This document shows, in pieces, positions 58,286 through 64,000 of a stretch of DNA of 64,000 bases. This DNA is from an uncultured Pseudomonadales bacterium (lineage in GTDB: Bacteria > Patescibacteriota > Microgenomatia > UBA1400 > PJMF01). The translations under genes and the position numbers were made by a program. The first letter of the stretch is position 1. Every line of letters starts with the position of its first letter. The notes below the pieces were generated by a model. It was not told the origin of the DNA, did not search any database, and was given only the letters and a program-made list of their open reading frames with translations. The DNA lies in the NCBI GenBank assembly GCA_964406075.1, contig CAYOQI010000003.1, forward strand, positions 76,718 to 140,717, written 5' to 3'.

Positions 58286-58338
58286 ATTGCTCAGGTAAGG
58301 AGTATACGATCTCGTCGTATATTGCTTACCTGGGCAAT
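58286..58338. repeat. 53-nt near-perfect extended hairpin upstream of the small membrane protein gene
   Basis: 14-bp outer stem ATTGCTCAGGTAAG/CTTACCTGGGCAAT (one G-U pair) plus a 7-bp inner stem TATACGA/TCGTATA. Confidence 0.6.
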
Positions 58339-58376
58339 TTCAAATTCGCATGCCCTGGTTTGTGGAGAATTTTAAA

Positions 58377-58718
58377 ATGAAGAAAAGAATTGTACTAACT
58401 GTCGGATTCAGCATTATGATCTGGTTTATTATCCTTTACTTTAAGGGTAATTTCTCTGAGTTCGTTGTATTGCCCGTGCTGGGCGGTATAGCGTTGTATC
58501 TGGCAATTGGTTTTTTTGGCGTTGCCATTCCTTCTCTGACAAGGAAAGAAACACATATAATTGGAGCAATTATAGTGGGGTTGTTAATCCTTCTGATAGG
58601 ATTTCCAGCCCAATTTTTCCTGAATCAGGGTATTTGGGGTGATAAGTTTGCGCCGACCATGCTAAAAGGTGTGGGTATTTCAATGGGAGTAGGCATCGCC
58701 TACTTCCTCAAGATTTAA
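58377..58718 (+). CDS. small membrane protein
   Basis: 3-4 hydrophobic helices. The start is either 58377 (MKKRIV) or 58350. Confidence 0.5.
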   Translation: MKKRIVLTVGFSIMIWFIILYFKGNFSEFVVLPVLGGIALYLAIGFFGVAIPSLTRKETHIIGAIIVGLLILLIGFPAQFFLNQGIWGDKFAPTMLKGVGISMGVGIAYFLKI

Positions 58719-58740
58719 CCCACCTACTTTTCATTTAGTG

Positions 58741-58768
58741 AGTGCAGCCGAGATCCGACTGCACTTTT
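58741..58768 (+). terminator. hairpin plus T4 after the membrane protein gene; its loop carries a GAGATCC repeat core (E4)
   Basis: AGTGCAG-ccgagatccga-CTGCACT then TTTT. GAGATCCGACTGCA matches E3 GAGATCCttCGACTGCA. Confidence 0.45.
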
Positions 58769-58815
58769 CCTGAGTTCATAAACATATTTGTGAATTGAGG
58801 AAAAGTAATATATTG

Positions 58816-58842
58816 AAGACTCGAGAAATCGAGTCTTTTTTT
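58816..58842 (+). terminator. intrinsic terminator
   Basis: AAGACTCGA-gaaa-TCGAGTCTT followed by a T run. Confidence 0.7.
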
Positions 58843-58893
58843 ATGTCACTAGGTTGCGGTTCACTTGTTTTTTCTTCATAATGTGATCCACGA

Positions 58894-60666
58894 ATGGAAC
58901 CTGCCCAGCCCCTAGTTGCTCCCACTCCATCTGCTCGTCCAACATCTTTACTCGATGTTCTTGTTTCGCGTAACCAATTGACACCAGATCAAGCTCAAGC
59001 CTTAAGCCTCGAGCAACTCAATCAAAATAGACCGGTAGAAGAACTCATTCTTGAACAACGTTTGGTGACTGAGGAAGATCTAACGCAAGCGAAAGCTGAG
59101 TTTTATAACGTGCCGTACATCAATCTGGCTACGACCGGTATTTCTCCTGAAGCCCTGACGAAAATTGCTGAAAGTGTAGCAAAACGGTATCACATCTTCC
59201 CTTTTTCACTTGATCGAAAAGAAAACACTTTGTCTGTCGCGATGCAGAATCCCTTGGATTTAAATGCGATTGATTTTGCGGAGAAAAAAAGTGGCAGTCG
59301 CATTATTGCCTACATTGCTACTCCGAGTGAGCTCGAAAGAATGATTGCTGAGAAGTATGCTCAAAGTCTGTCTTCTGAAGTGACCGCAGCGCTCAAAGAA
59401 ACGAAGCAAGTGATGAAGGATGAATCATCGGTCCAAGATTTCTCTCGACTTTCTGGTCCGGTCATTCGAGATGCTCCGATTAGTAAAATCGTGGAAACGT
59501 TTCTCGGTTTTGCGATGAAAGCTCGGGCTTCAGATATTCACGTCGAACCACTCGAGGATCGTACGCGTGTTCGCTATCGTATTGACGGTATTTTGTCTGA
59601 AAAATTAGTACTTCCGCGAAGTGTGCATGATGCGGTTGTTTCTCGTATTAAAATTTTATCCCAGCTGAAAATTGATGAAAAACGTATTCCTCAGGACGGA
59701 CGTTTTACTTTTTATGCAAATGATGAAGAAGTGGATCTGCGTATTTCCACTTTGCCAACTGTGTACGGTGAAAAGGTGGTGATGCGTTTGCTCAAGAAAA
59801 ATAACACCATTCCGACACTCCAAGATTTGGGTATGCGAGGAATGGCGCTCAAGAATTTGGAAGAAGCCATCAAAGTGCCACACGGTATTGTGTTAGTGAC
59901 GGGACCGACAGGATCAGGAAAAACCACGACGTTGTATTCCGTGCTTCACATGATCAATACACCAAAAGTAAATATTTTAACCTTGGAAGATCCGGTCGAG
60001 TATCAAATGATAGGAGTCAATCAAGTTCAAATTAATCCGCAAGCAGGTTTAACGTTTGCATCCGGTTTGCGTTCATTCCTTCGCCAAGATCCGAATATCA
60101 TCATGGTCGGAGAAATTCGTGATAATGAAACTGCTGATCTTGCCATCCAAGCTTCTTTGACCGGTCACTTGGTCTTCTCCACTCTTCATACCAATTCTGC
60201 AGCGGGTGCTTTACCGCGTTTGCTTGATATGAAAGCGGAGCCTTTTCTGCTCGCGTCATCTATGACACTCGTCATGGCTCAGCGGGTGGTGCGACGAATT
60301 AATGAGCAATTTCGAGAAGAATATACACCAGCCCCTGAAGTAATTACTCAAATTGCAAAAGTACTTGGTCCGTATTTTGACGCTTGGTGTCAGCAACACG
60401 ATAAGCGACCGGAAGATATTACTTTATTCCGAGCAAATAAAAATCGACCTCCGACTGAAGGTGAATATTCCGGCCGTATCGGTATTTATGAAGTCATGCA
60501 GATGACTGAGAAAATTGGACATATGATTTTAAAACATGAGCCAGCAAGTGAGATAGAAAAAGTGGCCGTAGAAAATGGAATGTTGCTCATGAAACAAGAT
60601 GGCTTCTTGAAAGTTTTGGATGGGATCACTACTATAGAAGAGGTATTGAGAGTTGCGGAAACATAA
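58894..60666 (+). CDS. pilB: type IV pilus assembly ATPase (PilB/GspE family)
   Basis: Walker A GPTGSGKTTT, Asp box, Walker B IIMVGEIRD and His box TGHLVFSTLHTN. Confidence 0.9.
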   Translation: MEPAQPLVAPTPSARPTSLLDVLVSRNQLTPDQAQALSLEQLNQNRPVEELILEQRLVTEEDLTQAKAEFYNVPYINLATTGISPEALTKIAESVAKRYHIFPFSLDRKENTLSVAMQNPLDLNAIDFAEKKSGSRIIAYIATPSELERMIAEKYAQSLSSEVTAALKETKQVMKDESSVQDFSRLSGPVIRDAPISKIVETFLGFAMKARASDIHVEPLEDRTRVRYRIDGILSEKLVLPRSVHDAVVSRIKILSQLKIDEKRIPQDGRFTFYANDEEVDLRISTLPTVYGEKVVMRLLKKNNTIPTLQDLGMRGMALKNLEEAIKVPHGIVLVTGPTGSGKTTTLYSVLHMINTPKVNILTLEDPVEYQMIGVNQVQINPQAGLTFASGLRSFLRQDPNIIMVGEIRDNETADLAIQASLTGHLVFSTLHTNSAAGALPRLLDMKAEPFLLASSMTLVMAQRVVRRINEQFREEYTPAPEVITQIAKVLGPYFDAWCQQHDKRPEDITLFRANKNRPPTEGEYSGRIGIYEVMQMTEKIGHMILKHEPASEIEKVAVENGMLLMKQDGFLKVLDGITTIEEVLRVAET

Positions 60667-60744
60667 CAGGATTTTGCTCATCTGTTAATTGTTAATCAAA
60701 AAAAGTACGTTTACATTTTTCTTTACTTTTACTTTTTAAAATCT

Positions 60745-61800
60745 ATGACAATATTCGACTTACTTCAATTGGTTGTCGACCAACAAGCTTCAGATCTTCA
60801 TATTATCGTGGGTACTCGTCCTACAATTCGTGTCCATGGAAAGTTGCTGGTAGTTGATGAGTCCCCCGTTCTAGCTGATCGTGACACGCACATGTTGATT
60901 GATCCCCTGCTGAATGACGAGCAAAAAAAATTGTACGAAGTGAATAAAGAAATTGATTTTTCGTATCAATATAAAGATCTCGGTCGTTTTCGTGTGAACG
61001 CCTACACTCAGAAAGGCTCTTCCGCTGCGGCATTACGTTTGATCCCGAATGTGATTAAAGGGATTGATGAGCTCCAACTTCCTCAGGTCTATCACGACAT
61101 CTGTAAATTAAAACAAGGTTTAATTCTAGTTACCGGTCCGACTGGTGAAGGAAAATCTACTTCTCTAGCGGCCATTATTCAAGAAATTAACCATACTCGT
61201 GCCGAACATATTGTTACCATCGAAGATCCAATTGAGTTTGCGTACACCCCTGAAAAAAGTTTAATTTCGCAACGTGAAGTGCACAATGATACCCATGGAT
61301 GGGATGTGGCGTTGAGAAGTGTTTTGCGAGAAGATCCTGATGTTGTGTTAGTCGGTGAAATGCGAGATTTTGAAACAATTGCTGCTGCGTTGACGACCGC
61401 GGAAACTGGGCATTTAGTGCTCGCTACATTGCACACCAATTCAGCCTCTCAGACAATTGATCGTATTATTGATGTATTCCCCGAGCATCAGCAAGGACAA
61501 GTGCGTCAACAACTCGCTTCTTCTTTGGAAGCAGTGTTTTCCCAAAGACTGGTTCCGACGAAAGAAGGTACTTTGATTTGTGCGGTGGAAGTATTACTCG
61601 TTAACTCAGCTGTTCGCAATCTGATTCGTGAAGGTAAAGCATTCCAAATTGATAATGTCATGCAAACATCTGGTGAGGTAGGAATGACAACGATGGAGTC
61701 AAGCTTAGCGCGTTGGGTAAGTACCGGTATTATTTCGAAAGAAACTGCTCGAGAACATTCGACTCGTCCAGCAGAGTTTGATCGATTGGTACGAGGATAA
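60745..61800 (+). CDS. pilT: type IV pilus retraction ATPase (PilT family)
   Basis: ASDLHI, GPTGEGKSTS, VVLVGEMRD and TGHLVLATLHTNSA motifs at about 350 aa. Confidence 0.85.
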   Translation: MTIFDLLQLVVDQQASDLHIIVGTRPTIRVHGKLLVVDESPVLADRDTHMLIDPLLNDEQKKLYEVNKEIDFSYQYKDLGRFRVNAYTQKGSSAAALRLIPNVIKGIDELQLPQVYHDICKLKQGLILVTGPTGEGKSTSLAAIIQEINHTRAEHIVTIEDPIEFAYTPEKSLISQREVHNDTHGWDVALRSVLREDPDVVLVGEMRDFETIAAALTTAETGHLVLATLHTNSASQTIDRIIDVFPEHQQGQVRQQLASSLEAVFSQRLVPTKEGTLICAVEVLLVNSAVRNLIREGKAFQIDNVMQTSGEVGMTTMESSLARWVSTGIISKETAREHSTRPAEFDRLVRG

Positions 61801-61871
61801 CTCTCATTTTTCAGAAGTTAATTTAACAAAAAAATAATAAAGGATCTGGTTAAATAAGAAAAACGTAAACA

Positions 61872-61941
61872 CTGAGATCCCGGATTCTCGAGGGCATCAC
61901 TTGGCTGTTAGCCATGCTCTTTCCTCGCGTCCGGGATGACA
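61872..61941. repeat. member E2 of the CTGAGATCC...GATGACA repeat family, 7 nt upstream of pilC
   Basis: Outer stem ATCCCGGA/TCCGGGAT, CGAGG/CCTCG, and inner CTTGGCT/AGCCA hairpin. The blocks are shared with the copy at 57341. Confidence 0.6.
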
Positions 61942-61948
61942 AATAGGT

Positions 61949-63145
61949 ATGGCAATTTTTCAATACAAAGCAAGAAATCAACACGGTGAAACCGTCCAAG
62001 GAAAAGTAGAGGCGCGACAACTTCAACAAGCTTCAGGAATTTTGCGTGAACGAGGACTGTTGGTTATTTCTGTCAAAGAAGCAAATGAGACTGATGGTCT
62101 TTTTGGATCGTATCTTTCTCGAATAAGTAAGAACGATATTGTCAGCTTTACTCGTCAGCTTTCAACCATGAATACAGCGGGATTGTCGCTTATTGATGCG
62201 CTGAGTATATTGGAACGACAAAATAAACCAGCGGTGAGAAAAATGATTGGTGAAATTATCCAAGAAGTAGAAGGTGGAAGTACATTTTCAGCTGCACTGG
62301 CTCAACAGCCAGCTTTTGGTCGTGTGTATTACAACCTTGTTAAGGCTGGTGAAATGGCTGGAGTTTTAACGGAAGTACTGAAGCGATTAGCTGATACATT
62401 AGAGAGTGAAAAAGAGTTTCGAGGAAAAGTAAAAGGTGCATTGATTTATCCAGTGATTGTTGTGATTGCCATGTTGATTGTGGCGGTTTTGATGATGATT
62501 TTCGTGATTCCGAAGCTGTCCGAAATGTACAAGGATTTCGGAGCTGATCTTCCCTTCATGACTCAAATTTTGATTAGTACTTCAGAGTTTATGGCGAGAT
62601 TTTGGTATGTGTTATTCGTTTTAGTTGCTGCTGGAATTTATGGACTCAAAAAATGGCGACAAACTTCAATCGGAGCTCATCAGTTTGATCGAATGATGTT
62701 AAAAATTCCTGTCTTTGGCATACTGCAACAAAAAATTATTTTGACAGAATTTTCTCGAACCATGGCATTGTTGTTAGCTGCGGGAATTTCTCTGCTCGAA
62801 GCATTGGAAATTGTAGCGGATGCGATTGATAACGTGATTTATCGAGATGCACTGCAGGATGCTTACCATTATGTAGAAAAAGGAAGCTCACTCTCTGCAG
62901 CGATTGAGAAATACGAGGAGTTTCCAGCAATTCTTCCTCAAATGATTTCTGTCGGTGAAGAAACTGGACAGCTAGATGAAGTGTTAAACAAGCTTTCTCA
63001 ATACTTTGCATCAGAGACAGAACAAGCAGTTAAAGGACTGACGACCGCGTTGGAGCCAATCATCATGATTGTGCTTGGAATTGGTGTCGGCTTTCTCATT
63101 ATTGCGATCGTAATGCCAATTTACTCATTAACCAGTACTTTTTAA
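61949..63145 (+). CDS. pilC: type IV pilus platform protein (PilC/GspF family)
   Basis: Two GspF-like repeats with 3 TM segments at about 400 aa. Confidence 0.85.
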   Translation: MAIFQYKARNQHGETVQGKVEARQLQQASGILRERGLLVISVKEANETDGLFGSYLSRISKNDIVSFTRQLSTMNTAGLSLIDALSILERQNKPAVRKMIGEIIQEVEGGSTFSAALAQQPAFGRVYYNLVKAGEMAGVLTEVLKRLADTLESEKEFRGKVKGALIYPVIVVIAMLIVAVLMMIFVIPKLSEMYKDFGADLPFMTQILISTSEFMARFWYVLFVLVAAGIYGLKKWRQTSIGAHQFDRMMLKIPVFGILQQKIILTEFSRTMALLLAAGISLLEALEIVADAIDNVIYRDALQDAYHYVEKGSSLSAAIEKYEEFPAILPQMISVGEETGQLDEVLNKLSQYFASETEQAVKGLTTALEPIIMIVLGIGVGFLIIAIVMPIYSLTSTF

Positions 63146-63244
63146 AGAAAAAAAACTCGAGTAAAACTTCATCCCATTCGTAAGAAATAGCTCTTGCAGT
63201 TGAGAGACAAAATACTGTACAGTAAATGAGATATAAAAATTATC

Positions 63245-63850
63245 ATGACTTTTGTCAAGGAAACTATGAAACTTCACCTTGCCCGTGGCCTTAGACAAGC
63301 TGGTTTTACCATGATCGAGCTTTTGGTTGTTATTGCTGTGATTGGTGTGCTTGCTGTCGCTGTGCTCTCTTCTATCAATCCAATTGAACAGATCAATAAA
63401 GGAAGAGATACTCGCTTACGCTCTGACGGTGCTCAATTGATTAGTGCTGCCGATCGTTTCTTTGCTATTCAAGGATACTACCCTTGGAATGGTGCAAGTA
63501 CTGAAGTGATCAATGCATACACTCTCTCTAGAGTTGTGGGAGCAGTAACTGAAGTTAACACTGGAAGTACTGGACCAGTTTGGCCAGCATGGGGAAACTT
63601 ATTAACTACTACATCTGAAGTCAAAGCAGGATTCATTACTCGTGTAAGTGGTGAAAATGTGCTGAGTGTGTTCAAGCTTGCTGGTGCAAATGAAACTATT
63701 CGTGTTTGTTACTTACCTTTATCTCGTCAGTTTAAACAACAGGCACTAACAAATTGTGCAGCAGGTACTACCCCTGCATCACTGAATACAGTGACAATTT
63801 GTGCAAGTACGACTGATATTAATGCTAATAATTATATCTGTCTTCCATAA
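63245..63850 (+). CDS. type IV pilin / pseudopilin
   Basis: Prepilin motif G-FTMIELLVVIAVIGVLA. Four Cys in the C-terminal part. Confidence 0.8.
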   Translation: MTFVKETMKLHLARGLRQAGFTMIELLVVIAVIGVLAVAVLSSINPIEQINKGRDTRLRSDGAQLISAADRFFAIQGYYPWNGASTEVINAYTLSRVVGAVTEVNTGSTGPVWPAWGNLLTTTSEVKAGFITRVSGENVLSVFKLAGANETIRVCYLPLSRQFKQQALTNCAAGTTPASLNTVTICASTTDINANNYICLP

Positions 63851-63873
63851 GATAACAGAAATTAAAAACAGAA

Positions 63874-63899
63874 ACGGCCCTGACTGGGCCGTTTTTTTT
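63874..63899 (+). terminator. intrinsic terminator after the pilin gene
   Basis: ACGGCCC-tgact-GGGCCGT followed by a T8 run. Confidence 0.75.
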
Positions 63900-63945
63900 C
63901 ACATATATAACCAAAGAGTTCTTCAGTTATACTTAGTAGATTGTT

Positions 63946-64000
63946 ATGGTATTTATTCTCTTTTTTCTTTTTATCATCGGACTGGCAATTGGAAGTTTTT
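63946..64000 (+). CDS. probable prepilin peptidase, N-terminal 18 codons (3' end off window)
   Basis: MVFILFFLFIIGLAIGSF resembles the PilD/A24 N-terminal helix (..GL.IGSF). Follows the pilin gene. Confidence 0.4.
   Translation, partial: MVFILFFLFIIGLAIGSF

Overview
AT-rich, tightly packed bacterial chromosome segment with about 65 protein genes and one tRNA. Standard genetic code: TGA is used as a stop, for example at 7538-7540. The gene content is consistent with a reduced-genome Patescibacteria/CPR-like organism, but this is inference only. Supporting content: a type IV pilus module without an outer-membrane secretin in the window, giant Cys/Thr/Pro-rich surface proteins, an IMP dehydrogenase lacking the CBS insert, and many ORFans. 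Layout: (i) 1-19.6 kb is an almost uninterrupted nucleotide-metabolism supercluster. It holds Nudix x2, HIT, thyA, DHFR-like, dut, tmk, HAD, PfkB x2, SDR, pyrE-like, two OMP-decarboxylase paralogs flanking a GTP-cyclohydrolase-II-like fusion protein, add, guaB, an IMPDH-like paralog, guaA and an HD protein. (ii) 19.6-31.2 kb is housekeeping: EamA, TrmH, hisS, GNAT, M24 peptidase, MBL hydrolase, dnaB, tRNA-Leu, lgt, lspA. (iii) 31.5-38.2 kb holds two paralogous membrane-anchored proteins and a 1603-aa repeat-rich surface protein. (iv) 38.3-42.7 kb is housekeeping. (v) 42.7-44.2 kb is a 1.47-kb ORF-free region full of repeats and palindromes next to a Xer-type tyrosine recombinase. (vi) Two large ORFans of 747 aa and 1362 aa follow. 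(vii) gyrA, ppa, gyrB and a holB-like gene follow. (viii) pilB-pilT-pilC-pilin and the start of pilD close the window. The most interesting non-obvious signals: a His-rich mini-ORF between a consensus promoter and an intrinsic terminator just upstream of hisS; several other promoter-leader-terminator units abutting start codons; at least three families of short structured intergenic repeats; a recombinase-adjacent motif set with dif-like geometry; and a possible nucleotide ring-opening gene cluster. All functional calls rest on motif recognition by eye, since no database search was possible.
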